Part shown: piece after piece, positions 17,156 to 25,898 of the stretch
How the letters are laid out: each line of letters opens with the position of its first letter
Numbering within the stretch: position 1 is the first letter of the stretch
Source: Deltaproteobacteria bacterium
GTDB taxonomy: Bacteria > Desulfobacterota > Deferrimicrobia > Deferrimicrobiales > Deferrimicrobiaceae
Direction: 5' to 3'
Assembly (NCBI GenBank): GCA_030668225.1
Contig: DAOUUI010000002.1
Coordinates: 1 to 44,344, forward strand
DNA length: 44,344 nucleotides
Notes under the pieces: model-generated
Database searches by the model: none
What the model was told of the DNA's origin: nothing
The model's input: only the letters and a program-made list of their open reading frames with translations
Translations under genes and position numbers: made by a program

Positions 17156-19531
17156 CTATTCGACGACGATACCCTCCTCCGTCCTCCTCACCACGACGGG
17201 GGCATGTGCTCCCCTTGCGCGTCCCAGCACCCCCCGGGCACTCAGCTCGCTGATGGGGCCCCGGACCCAACGGTCGATCACCCGCCCCAGTTCGCGAACC
17301 CCGTACTCGGGGCTGTACCCGGTCTCGGCGAGCCATTCCCGGGCCTCCGGCTCCACCCGGAGGGAAAATCCCGACGTCTCGAACAGGTTCTCCTCCAGGG
17401 CGGCAAGCTGCATGTCCAGGACCTTCCTGACGTCCTCCCGGCTTAAGGGCCGGAAAACGATCTGCTCGTCGATCCGGTTCAGGAACTCGGGACGAAAGCT
17501 CTGCCGGGCCATGCCAAGAGCGGCCTTGGCAGCTGCTTCCTCGTCCTGCGCGTGGAACCCGATCCCTTTGCCGATACGGATATTTCCCGTCATCACGAAG
17601 ATGGCGTTTTTCGCGTCGGCGGTCCGCCCCTGGCTGTCGGTGAGCTTTCCTTCCTCGAACAGCTGCAGGAACAGGTCGAACACCCGGGGGGCCGCCTTGT
17701 CGATCTCGTCCAGGAGCACGACGGAATACGGCGTCGTCCGGAGCCTGTCCGTCAACTGCCCCCCTTCCTCGTAGCCTACGTATCCCGGGGACGCCCCCAG
17801 GAGGCGGGTGAGAGTTGAATTGTCCTGGTATTCGGACATGTCCAGCTGGATGAACGACCGGTCATCCGCGAACAGATAGGAGGAAATGCGCCGGGCCACC
17901 TCGGTTTTCCCCACGCCGGAGGGCCCCAGAAAAAGGAATACGCCCAGCGGGCGCCGCCGGTCCCCCAGGCCCGCATGTGCGAGCAGAAGCCGGCGACCTA
18001 CCCGGGAAATGGCCGCTTCCTGCCCCACGATATTACGGTTCAGGTGCTCCTCGAGTCCCTTGATGCGCGACTCCGTCAGGCCGGCAAGCCCCCCCTGCAC
18101 GACTTCGAGGGGGATGCCCACCTTCTCTGCCATGACGCCGGCGACGGTGTCCGGACGCACGACGACGACACCCATCGGGATCTCCTGGTCCGCCTCGATT
18201 GCCAGAGAAAGGTAGGGAACGCGGCACTCGGCGCAGGCGCGGTCCAGCAGGTCGATCGCCTTGTCCGGGAGGTAATGGCCGTGATCGAACCGGATGGAGA
18301 GGTCCACCGCGGCGGCAAGCGCCTCGTCGGTGATCGTGACGGAGAAATGGGCCTCGCGGTGGGCCCGCAGTCCCACGAGGATATCCAGCGTTTCGTCCCG
18401 CCCCGGCTCGACGACCTGAATGGGCTGGAAGCGGCGCTCGAGCGCCGGATCCTTCTCCACGCAACGGCGATATTCCATGATCGTCGTGGCGCCGATGCAC
18501 CGCATTTCCCCCCGCGCCAGCGCAGGTTTCATGATATTGCCGGCATCCATCGGAGCGCCTTCGGCCCGTCCTGCGCCGACCACGGTATGAAATTCGTCGA
18601 TGAAAAGGATCACCTCGGGGTGCGCGCGGATTTCATCGATCACCCGGGTGAGCCTCTCCTCGAACTCCCCCCGGTACTTGGTCCCCGCAAGCATCTCCGG
18701 CATCGAAAGCTCCACGACTCTCCTCCCCGCAAGTACCCGGCGGTCGCGCCCGGTGGCGACGCGTTCGGCGAGAGCCTCGACGATCGCCGTCTTCCCTACT
18801 CCCGCCTCCCCCACGAGCACCGGATTATTCTTCGTGGGCATCACGAGGACTTTGAGCAGCTGGCGGAGAGTGTTCCGCGTCCTCTCGGATTCCACAAACG
18901 GCAGCAGCCGACCTTCCCGTGCCGCCCGGGTGATGTCCCGTCCGTAGCGGTCGAGTACGGGAGTGAGCGCTTCCGCCGTCTCCGGCTCGGAAACCATCGT
19001 GCCCACGTCCACAGGCCCGGGAGATCCCTTCTCCTTCGGTGGGGGGGGCGACAAGGATTCCGGCGGAACCTGCCCCGATTGGATCCCCGCCCCGGCCAGG
19101 ACAGCGGTAATGATCGGCCCCGGGTCGGAAAGGATCGCCGCGAGCAGGTGGGACGACGAAGTGTCCGGGGTCTCCCCCCCGTCGGATATCTCCTTTCCCC
19201 GTCGGAAGATCTCCTTGCACGCATCGCTGCGGTGCACGACCTGGTCGGTGTGACGGGCGTGTCCGGGCCGAAGCCTGGACCGTACTCCTCTTCGCAGGGT
19301 GGAACTGGAGATCCCCATGGTGGACAGGATCTCCTCGACATGGTCCGCCTCGGTGCGGATCTCCTCCATCGGGAGGGATTCCGCCCTGACGAACCGGACG
19401 AGACTCATCGTTTTATGAAGGCTGCACAACCCGATCAGCAGATGTTCCCGCTCGATCTGGGGATGTCTTGCCATGGCCGCTTCCGCGGCGGCGATCTGCC
19501 AGGCAAGGCGTGCGGCTGCAGAAAGTTTCAT
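17156..19531 (-). CDS. ClpA/ClpC-family AAA+ unfoldase (double Clp_N, D1 + D2, no long M-domain)
   Basis: Clp_N repeats are at the N-terminus. D1 has [10 protein letters not shown] / ILFIDEFH and D2 has GPSGVGKTE / [10 protein letters not shown]. An IGF tripeptide (KGIGFHAQ) sits in the expected ClpP-docking loop position. GAGGAG SD. Confidence 0.9.
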   Translation of the reverse strand: MKLSAAARLAWQIAAAEAAMARHPQIEREHLLIGLCSLHKTMSLVRFVRAESLPMEEIRTEADHVEEILSTMGISSSTLRRGVRSRLRPGHARHTDQVVHRSDACKEIFRRGKEISDGGETPDTSSSHLLAAILSDPGPIITAVLAGAGIQSGQVPPESLSPPPPKEKGSPGPVDVGTMVSEPETAEALTPVLDRYGRDITRAAREGRLLPFVESERTRNTLRQLLKVLVMPTKNNPVLVGEAGVGKTAIVEALAERVATGRDRRVLAGRRVVELSMPEMLAGTKYRGEFEERLTRVIDEIRAHPEVILFIDEFHTVVGAGRAEGAPMDAGNIMKPALARGEMRCIGATTIMEYRRCVEKDPALERRFQPIQVVEPGRDETLDILVGLRAHREAHFSVTITDEALAAAVDLSIRFDHGHYLPDKAIDLLDRACAECRVPYLSLAIEADQEIPMGVVVVRPDTVAGVMAEKVGIPLEVVQGGLAGLTESRIKGLEEHLNRNIVGQEAAISRVGRRLLLAHAGLGDRRRPLGVFLFLGPSGVGKTEVARRISSYLFADDRSFIQLDMSEYQDNSTLTRLLGASPGYVGYEEGGQLTDRLRTTPYSVVLLDEIDKAAPRVFDLFLQLFEEGKLTDSQGRTADAKNAIFVMTGNIRIGKGIGFHAQDEEAAAKAALGMARQSFRPEFLNRIDEQIVFRPLSREDVRKVLDMQLAALEENLFETSGFSLRVEPEAREWLAETGYSPEYGVRELGRVIDRWVRGPISELSARGVLGRARGAHAPVVVRRTEEGIVVE

Positions 19532-19681
19532 GATCTTCTCCTCACGCGGGCGTGCACCTTAAGTGTCCGGGGCGACGAATAACTTCTACGACGGGACATG
19601 CAGGAAAATTCTATTCCTCCCGGAAGGAAAGGGTCAATAGCCGATACGGGGGTCCCGCCAGGATATGGAGGAAAAAAGGGG

Positions 19682-19720
19682 AACGGCCCCGCGAGGAGGG
19701 ACGCGAGGCCGTTGCTTTTT
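19682..19720 (+). terminator. Orphan intrinsic-terminator-like hairpin in the divergent clp/AOR intergenic region
   Basis: The arms AACGGCCCCGCG and CGCGAGGCCGTT form 11 bp with one C.A mismatch and an 8-nt loop. GC+TTTTT follows on the + strand. On the - strand the same stem is followed by CCCC+TTTTTT. Confidence 0.4.
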
Positions 19721-19803
19721 CCCGAAGCGAGGGGGGCTCCGGGTAATGATTCCGCATTCACGGAACTACGATGACAATTCTTCGTACAAGTTTCGTGCCT
19801 TTT

Positions 19804-19873
19804 CGATATCGTAACAATCTCAAGACATTCTCCAACTTCTTCTCCTCCTCCCGGGGGTGGAATCCCGATATCG
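19804..19873. promoter_or_regulatory. Two CGATATCG palindromes (candidate operator pair) upstream of AOR
   Basis: CGATATCGTAA lies at 19804 and CGATATCGTTA at 19866, with centres 62 bp apart. They sit in the non-coding leader of the AOR gene. Confidence 0.3.
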
Positions 19874-19944
19874 TTATTTCGCTTTCAAAAATGTAACCTC
19901 CCTTTCCTCTCCCAGGAGGAAACAAGGTTGATAAAATACCGGCC

Positions 19945-21708
19945 ATGACCGCCATCGGGTACGCCGGTCTCCACGTGGATCTCGCGGATGCCGTCGCGAC
20001 AAGAGAGACTCTTTCCAGCCATGTCGTCGCATCGTACCTCGGCGGGAGGGGGATAGGGGCCTTCTTCCTCGGTCCCTGCGCAGAATACGCCCCCGGGTCC
20101 CCCGAGACCCCGCTGGTTTTCGCCACGGGTCCCCTGTGCGGCACCGGGATCCCCGGGGCGGGCTCGGTCTCCGTCATCTCCAGGTCACCCCTTACGGGAA
20201 CCCTCTTTGACGGAGAGGCCGTGGGAGCGTTCCCGGTCCAACTGCGCCGGGCAGGGTACCTCTACCTGAGAATCACCGGCGTCTCGAAACGCCCCGTTCG
20301 CCTCATCATCGAGGACGACTCCGCAACGCTTGCTCCCGACACGTGGCGTCCCGGGCAAGGCGACCCCGGCAGGGAATGGCGGGGAGGGGTAGCGTCGATC
20401 GGAGCATCCGCGCTTTCCCGCTGCCGGTACGCCTCCGTCATGTTCGGCGGGGACCGATCCCCGGGGCGGGGGGGGATGGGAAACATCATGGCGGGCAAGG
20501 GACTGTACCGCATCCTGGTGCGGGGCACGGGAGAAGTCCCGGTCTCGGACCTGGGTGAGCTATCCCTGGCCAGGGACGAGATCCTGCGGACCATGGAGGC
20601 CTCTCCCGCCCTCTCGGGGCCCTACGGGATCGCACGCTACGGAACCGCCACGCTCCTGGATCTGCTCTCCGGGCGGCGGATGCTCCCCACGCGGAATTTC
20701 CGCCGGACGTTTTTCGACGGGTACCGCTCCCTTTCGGCGACCGCCGTGGACAGGAAGTACGGAATCACGGGATGCGACTGCGGACAGGAGGGAGGAACCC
20801 CGAAGGATTGCCCCCTCCTGTGCCGGAAAACCTCCCGGGACGGCACGCCGCTTCCCGAAGCGGACGCACTTGCCCACTTCGGTGCGCTCAACGGGAACGC
20901 CGACCTCGATTCCGCCGTTCGGGCCAATGCCTTTTGCGTGCAAGCGGGGATGGACCCCGTGAGCGCCGCTGCGACCATCGCCTGCTATGCCGAGATCACC
21001 GGGCGCGACATTCCCCCCGGAGAGATGCCTGCCCTTCTCCGGAAGATCGCCGAACGGAGGGGAGAGGGAGATCTTCTTGCGGAAGGGTCGGCACGCACGG
21101 CGGAATTTCTCGGCAACCCCGATCTCTCCATGTCGGTCAAGAAGATGGAGCTGCCGGCGCTCGACCCGCGCGGGGCGTACGGGGTCGCCCTCGGGTACGC
21201 CACTTCGACGCGGGGAGCCTGCCAGATGCGGTCGGCAAGCTTCGTGCACGAGGTGCTGCGCAGACCGGTCGCCACGGACCGGTTCTCCTTCGAGGGGAAG
21301 GGAAGGGTCGTAAAGATTTCAGAGGATCTCGTCGCGGCGCTGGACTCCCTGTCGGTGTGCCGCCTGTCCGCCCTGGGAAGCTCGCTCGAAGGGTACGCCC
21401 GGGCATTCCGCGCGGTAACGGGACTCCCCAAGGAGGCGGGCGACCTTCTCCGGGACGGGGAGCGGATCTGCCTGTCGGAAAGACTTTTCAACTGTCGAGC
21501 GGGCTTTACGCGGGAAGACGACGACCTCCCGGCCCGGTTCTTCTCCGAGTCCGGAACTTCGGGAGAAAGCATCGAGGTCCCCCCCCTTGACCGCGGGGAG
21601 TTTGAGAGTGCCCTGTCCCGTTACTACGTAAACCGAGGGTGCGACGGTGCGGGCACCCCGGTCCCGGAAAAACTCGCAGAGCTCGGTATCGGAGAAAAGA
21701 CGCCGTGA
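19945..21708 (+). CDS. Aldehyde:ferredoxin oxidoreductase family (tungstopterin enzyme)
   Basis: AOR_N-like N-terminus (GGRGIGAFFL...SPLTG...AGYLYLRITGVSKRPVRLIIED). The C-terminal domains contain PEADALAHFGALNG, GMDPVSAAATIACYAE and the ALDSLSVCRLS cluster cysteine. Confidence 0.9.
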   Translation: MTAIGYAGLHVDLADAVATRETLSSHVVASYLGGRGIGAFFLGPCAEYAPGSPETPLVFATGPLCGTGIPGAGSVSVISRSPLTGTLFDGEAVGAFPVQLRRAGYLYLRITGVSKRPVRLIIEDDSATLAPDTWRPGQGDPGREWRGGVASIGASALSRCRYASVMFGGDRSPGRGGMGNIMAGKGLYRILVRGTGEVPVSDLGELSLARDEILRTMEASPALSGPYGIARYGTATLLDLLSGRRMLPTRNFRRTFFDGYRSLSATAVDRKYGITGCDCGQEGGTPKDCPLLCRKTSRDGTPLPEADALAHFGALNGNADLDSAVRANAFCVQAGMDPVSAAATIACYAEITGRDIPPGEMPALLRKIAERRGEGDLLAEGSARTAEFLGNPDLSMSVKKMELPALDPRGAYGVALGYATSTRGACQMRSASFVHEVLRRPVATDRFSFEGKGRVVKISEDLVAALDSLSVCRLSALGSSLEGYARAFRAVTGLPKEAGDLLRDGERICLSERLFNCRAGFTREDDDLPARFFSESGTSGESIEVPPLDRGEFESALSRYYVNRGCDGAGTPVPEKLAELGIGEKTP

Positions 21709-22868
21709 TGTCCCATGTGGAGAAAACCGTATCGAAGCTCCTCTCCCACGGCCTGGTCGCATCAAGCGGCGACGTCGCTCTCTATGGGCGGGACGACGAG
21801 ATCGTCTCGAACAGAACGGAGATCGACCCCCGGACCCGGGATCTGTTCGACCGACTGGACATCAACTCCCTTCTGGTCATCTCCCCGTCCCCTCCCTACC
21901 GGGAGATCCTGCGGGTTCTGTGCGGCGGAGGCGAAAATACCATCGAACCGCGGGACGGCGAAACCGTCCTGTTTCTCCACGACATCCCGCTGGTGGACCC
22001 GAAGGACCACGAAGGGCTCGTCAAGACGCTTGCCAGGCGGAAAGGGTGCGTCCTGCGGGACGGCCGTATCGTCTCCCACGGTACGGTGAGCATGGAACAG
22101 GCCTTCGTCACCGCAAGCTCCATCTGCTTTTCCACCTTCGTGAAAACGTTCCTCGATTTCCTGAACTTCGCCACCCGGAACGGGCCGATCATGCCGTTTT
22201 CCACGAGGCAGGCCCGCGGGATCCGGGATCTCCTGTCGACGGTCCCGGCGCCGCCCGGCGGAGGAACGCTCCCCTCCATGCCGACGGGGACCCCGTCGGA
22301 GATCGTGGCCGCGATGGATGCCTGCGGAAAGAGGACGGTGGAGGCCCGGCTGGTCGACTCCTTCTTCGGAAATCTCTCCTGGTGCGACGGGGAGACGCTC
22401 TCGATATCGCAGACCGGTTCCTCCCTGGACGAACTCCCCGGCCGGATTGACCGGATTCCCCTCGACGGCTCCTCCACCGCCGGTTTAACGGCCTCGTCCG
22501 AGACGGGCACCCACCTCGCCATCTACGGGGAAACGGAAGCGCGGGCGATCCTGCACGGACACCCCCGTTTCTCCGTCGTCCTCTCGATGTACTGCACGGA
22601 AACGGATTGCCGTCACGACGACGCCTGCAGCCGGACATGCCCGGTCCCCCGCCGGGTCGGCGACGTTCCGATCGTTCCCGGGGAGGTGGGAACGGGGAGA
22701 TACGCGCTGGCCCGCACGGTCCCGCCCGCCATTCGGGGAAAGCGGGGGGTCATCGTCTACGGACACGGCGTCTTCTGCGCGGGAAAGTCCTTTCCCGAAA
22801 CGTTCGACAGCCTCGCCTCGATCGAGCGCAGCTGCCTTTCCCGCTACCGGGAACTCGTGGGAGATTAG
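21708..22868 (+). CDS. Class II aldolase/adducin-fold protein (degenerate N-terminal copy + intact C-terminal domain)
   Basis: ATG at 21708 overlaps the AOR stop (TGATG). The C-terminal half has SSETGTHLAIY...ILHGHP...VIVYGHGVFCAG, which are aldolase-II signatures. The N-terminal half is aldolase-II-like but lacks the His ligands. Confidence 0.7.
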   Translation: MSHVEKTVSKLLSHGLVASSGDVALYGRDDEIVSNRTEIDPRTRDLFDRLDINSLLVISPSPPYREILRVLCGGGENTIEPRDGETVLFLHDIPLVDPKDHEGLVKTLARRKGCVLRDGRIVSHGTVSMEQAFVTASSICFSTFVKTFLDFLNFATRNGPIMPFSTRQARGIRDLLSTVPAPPGGGTLPSMPTGTPSEIVAAMDACGKRTVEARLVDSFFGNLSWCDGETLSISQTGSSLDELPGRIDRIPLDGSSTAGLTASSETGTHLAIYGETEARAILHGHPRFSVVLSMYCTETDCRHDDACSRTCPVPRRVGDVPIVPGEVGTGRYALARTVPPAIRGKRGVIVYGHGVFCAGKSFPETFDSLASIERSCLSRYRELVGD

Positions 22869-23776
22869 ATCCGGAACTCGGTGAGCGCCAGGAAAGAGCC
22901 GAGGCGTTCCGAGATGTCCTCCGCCGTGAGGTTCTGGAGTTTCTCGGTGCTGAACGCCTCCACGGTGTAGGAGGCGATCGCGCTCCCGTACATGGTCGCC
23001 AGGCGGAAGTCCATCTCGGTGATCTCGCTGTCGCCGCGGCTCGCCAGGTACCCCATGAATCCGCCAGCGAAACTGTCGCCCGCGCCCGTGGGGTCGAAGA
23101 TCTTCTCGAGAGGGTACGCCGGGGCGGCGAACATCGCATCGTCCGACAGGTGAAGAACGCCGTACTCCCCGCGCTTGATCACCACACGGCTCGGTCCCCA
23201 TCCCATGATCTTCCGGGCGGCCTTGACCAGGTTGTACTCCCCGGTCAGCATCCGGATCTCCCCTTCGTTCACCACCAGGATATCCACCTTTCCGACGACC
23301 TCGCGCAGCGGCCCGGGGCTGCTCTCGATCCAGTAGTTCATCGTGTCCAGCGCGACCAGTTTCGGCCTGCGCACCTGGCGCAGGATGTCCTGCTGGAGGG
23401 AGGGAGCGATGTTGCCGAGAAACACGTAGGGGGTGTCCCGGTATTCCTCGGGGAGGACGGGTTCGAAGTCCCGGAAAACGTTGAGCTCGGTCGTCACGGT
23501 GTGGGCCGTGTTGAGGTCGTATTCGTAATACCCCTTCCAGTGGAAGGTCTTTCCCTCTTTGACCACAAGCCCCCTCGTGTCGATCGACCGGGAGCCGAGC
23601 ATCCGGATCACCTCTTGGGGGAAATCCATCCCCACGACGGAAACCAGCCGCACCGGGGCAAGGTAGCTGGCCGCCAGAGAGAAGTACGTGGCGGATCCCC
23701 CCACCACCTTCTCGACCTCCCCGAAGGGAGACCGGATGCTGTCAAAAGCCATGGAGCCGACGACCAGAAGGCTCAT
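22865..23776 (-). CDS. PfkB-family carbohydrate/nucleoside kinase
   Basis: MSLLVVGSMAFDSI...GGSATYFSLA at the N-terminus and DPTGAGDSFAGGF near the C-terminus. GGAAAGGAG SD, 19 nt after ctaB. Confidence 0.85.
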   Translation of the reverse strand: MSLLVVGSMAFDSIRSPFGEVEKVVGGSATYFSLAASYLAPVRLVSVVGMDFPQEVIRMLGSRSIDTRGLVVKEGKTFHWKGYYEYDLNTAHTVTTELNVFRDFEPVLPEEYRDTPYVFLGNIAPSLQQDILRQVRRPKLVALDTMNYWIESSPGPLREVVGKVDILVVNEGEIRMLTGEYNLVKAARKIMGWGPSRVVIKRGEYGVLHLSDDAMFAAPAYPLEKIFDPTGAGDSFAGGFMGYLASRGDSEITEMDFRLATMYGSAIASYTVEAFSTEKLQNLTAEDISERLGSFLALTEFRI

Positions 23777-23795
23777 GTTCCGACTCCTTTCCGGG

Positions 23796-24746
23796 TCAGG
23801 CGATCCTCGCCACGTCCACGATTACCGCCAGCAGCACTCCCATGATGTAGAGGATCGAGGCGCAAAACGCCCTGCGGTACCGGCGCCTGCTTACCACGTT
23901 GCGGTAGCAGGACAGGAGAAAGAAGCACCAGAGCAGGAAGGAGAACCACGCGAACGTCCCCGAGCAGTAGCCGAATACCCAGAGGGCGAGAGTCGCCGGC
24001 AGCAGACTCACGGCGTACAGGAAGAGCAGGATCTTCGTGTACGGCTCGCCCAACGCGACGGGGAGAACGGGAACTCCCGCATCCCGATACTCCTCCTTGT
24101 GCGCGAGCGCCAGGGTCCAGAAGTGCGGCGGCTGCCAGAGGATCATCACGAGGAACAGGATGATGCCGTCCATCCCGATGCGGCCGGCCACCGCGGAATA
24201 GCCGATGAGGACCGGGAGCGCCCCCGGAATCCCCCCCGGGATCGTCCCGTAGGGGGAGCGCCGCTTGAGGAAGAGAGTGTACAGGAGCGTGTAGAACAGC
24301 ACGGCGGCGAGCAAGAAGGCGACTGTCAGGCCGTGGAAGAAGTGGAAGGCAACGAGGAGCGAAGCCAGGATGAGACAAAGGGAGAGACCCAGCGCCCCCC
24401 CGTTTCCGACCCTTCGCATCGCCTCGACCCGCCCCGCCAGCCTTGGCATCCGGGCGTCCATCGGGGAGTCGAGGATGCCGTTTAGGACCGCGGCCCCGAA
24501 AGACGCGGCGATGACGCTTGCGAGACAGGGCACGACAACGCCTGCGCCGGGCATCCCCCGTTCCGCCAGGACCATCCCGGCGAGGCCGGCAAGGCCCACG
24601 CCCGCCGCGATGCCGGGCTTCGAGATCAGAAAGACCGAGCCTGCCAGGTCCGCCGGCCTGCCCCTTTCCTCCCGCCCGGGAGTCTTTCCTGGGATAGCGG
24701 TAGCCTTTATGGCGCCGTCCCCTCCGGCGAAAGTTCCCGGATCCAC
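23796..24746 (-). CDS. ctaB: Protohaem IX farnesyltransferase (haem O synthase)
   Basis: UbiA-family polytopic membrane protein (FLISKPGIAAGV...; DAGVPVLPV). The only canonical start is GTG at 24746, which gives a 40-nt overlap with ctaA. Confidence 0.85.
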   Translation of the reverse strand: MDPGTFAGGDGAIKATAIPGKTPGREERGRPADLAGSVFLISKPGIAAGVGLAGLAGMVLAERGMPGAGVVVPCLASVIAASFGAAVLNGILDSPMDARMPRLAGRVEAMRRVGNGGALGLSLCLILASLLVAFHFFHGLTVAFLLAAVLFYTLLYTLFLKRRSPYGTIPGGIPGALPVLIGYSAVAGRIGMDGIILFLVMILWQPPHFWTLALAHKEEYRDAGVPVLPVALGEPYTKILLFLYAVSLLPATLALWVFGYCSGTFAWFSFLLWCFFLLSCYRNVVSRRRYRRAFCASILYIMGVLLAVIVDVARIA

Positions 24747-25567
24747 ATCCGGGCCAGCATCATGAGCATACCCAGGGCCACGGCCAGGTGAAGCGCGGTG
24801 GAGAGGAAATAGAGACGGGTAAGCACCACGGCCCCTCCGACGGCGACCTGCGCAAGGATCATGAGAACCAGCGCACCGGCCATCCTCCTGTGCTTCCGCA
24901 AATGATCGTCCAGGCGCGTCGCCGCCCAGAGCGCCACGACGGTGAGCGCAACGAGTGCAGCGACCACCCGATGGGAGAACTGGATGAGTACTGCGCCGGA
25001 CAGAACGCCCGGAACGAGACCTCCCAGAGAGGTCGGCCAGTCGGGAAGGGAAAGTCCCGCGCCCGCATGACGAACGTAGGCCCCCAATGCCGCGAGGAGG
25101 AACACGAGGACCCCCATCCCGAAGAACAGGCCCGGGTATCCCCGCACGGAGAAGGAGGGAGGTGATTGGACTCCGTCGAAAACCATCATGTAATAGGCGA
25201 AGAGGAATACGACCATGCCCGTGGTGAAGTGGATGATGGTGAGCTGGACCGGAATCTGGAGGAGCACGACAGCCCCGCCCATGATGATCTCAGCCGCCAG
25301 TAAGGCCACCGCCAGCGCGGGTACGGCCCTGGCCCCACCGCGGTAATTCCGGAATCGTCGGTACGACAGGACGACAAGGGCGACTCCCGCCACCGCCGCG
25401 ATCACCCGGTGGAGGAACTCCATGTAGATGTCCCAGCGGAACGGCGGAAGGACCTTCCCGAGGCAGAGGGGCCAGTCCGGGCAGGCCAGTCCCGCTTTCA
25501 GCCCCGCGACAAGATTTCCCCAGATGAGCAGAACGAAGAAGAGCCCCACGGTAACTCTTCCGAGCAT
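24707..25567 (-). CDS. ctaA: Haem A synthase (COX15/CtaA family)
   Basis: ATG at 25567 follows GGGGGGAGAA. It has the CPDWPLC motif and eight hydrophobic helices with conserved His residues. The upstream part of listed ORF 24707..25846 is Arg-rich non-coding. Confidence 0.85.
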   Translation of the reverse strand: MLGRVTVGLFFVLLIWGNLVAGLKAGLACPDWPLCLGKVLPPFRWDIYMEFLHRVIAAVAGVALVVLSYRRFRNYRGGARAVPALAVALLAAEIIMGGAVVLLQIPVQLTIIHFTTGMVVFLFAYYMMVFDGVQSPPSFSVRGYPGLFFGMGVLVFLLAALGAYVRHAGAGLSLPDWPTSLGGLVPGVLSGAVLIQFSHRVVAALVALTVVALWAATRLDDHLRKHRRMAGALVLMILAQVAVGGAVVLTRLYFLSTALHLAVALGMLMMLARMWIRELSPEGTAP

Positions 25568-25611
25568 CGATTCTCCCCCCTTTTTCCCCGGCGGGGCCAC
25601 CCGCCGTGGCG

Positions 25612-25887
25612 TCAACGGAACAAGGTGTCCGAAAGCGTACCCGCGATGATGAGAATGAGGAAAAATATCGGTGTCAGAGCAAATCCCCATACGAGCCTGC
25701 TTTCGTACCGGAGGTGCATGAAGAACAGTGCGACGAGCGACGCCTTCACGGAAGCGACGAGGAGGGCGACGACGACGTTCATCATCCCGAGGTGCACGTA
25801 GGAAACCGCGACGGTGACCGCCGTGAGAACGACGAGGGCGGCCCACACGGCGATGTACGTGACGTTGCCCGATTTGTGCTCCTTCAC
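25612..25887 (-). CDS. Cytochrome c oxidase subunit IV (small bacterial CoxD/CtaF-type)
   Basis: GTG at 25887 is preceded by GGAGGGAG, just after the subunit III stop. There are three hydrophobic helices and the FMHLRYE motif. Confidence 0.7.
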   Translation of the reverse strand: MKEHKSGNVTYIAVWAALVVLTAVTVAVSYVHLGMMNVVVALLVASVKASLVALFFMHLRYESRLVWGFALTPIFFLILIIAGTLSDTLFR

Positions 25888-25898
25888 CGCGCTCCCTC

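Noticed and set aside
17975-19582. 535-aa plus-strand ORF opposite the Clp-like gene
   Set aside because: It is an antisense shadow with no motifs. The minus frame has two complete AAA+ modules.
19640-19647. GCCGATAC resembling a sigma-28 -10 box
   Set aside because: There is no TAAA-type -35 element at the required 11-nt (or 15-nt) spacing upstream.
19758-20177. 139-aa minus-strand ORF spanning the AOR start
   Set aside because: It overlaps the well-supported AOR N-terminus, has no SD, and has poor composition. The upstream non-coding part is better explained by regulatory elements.
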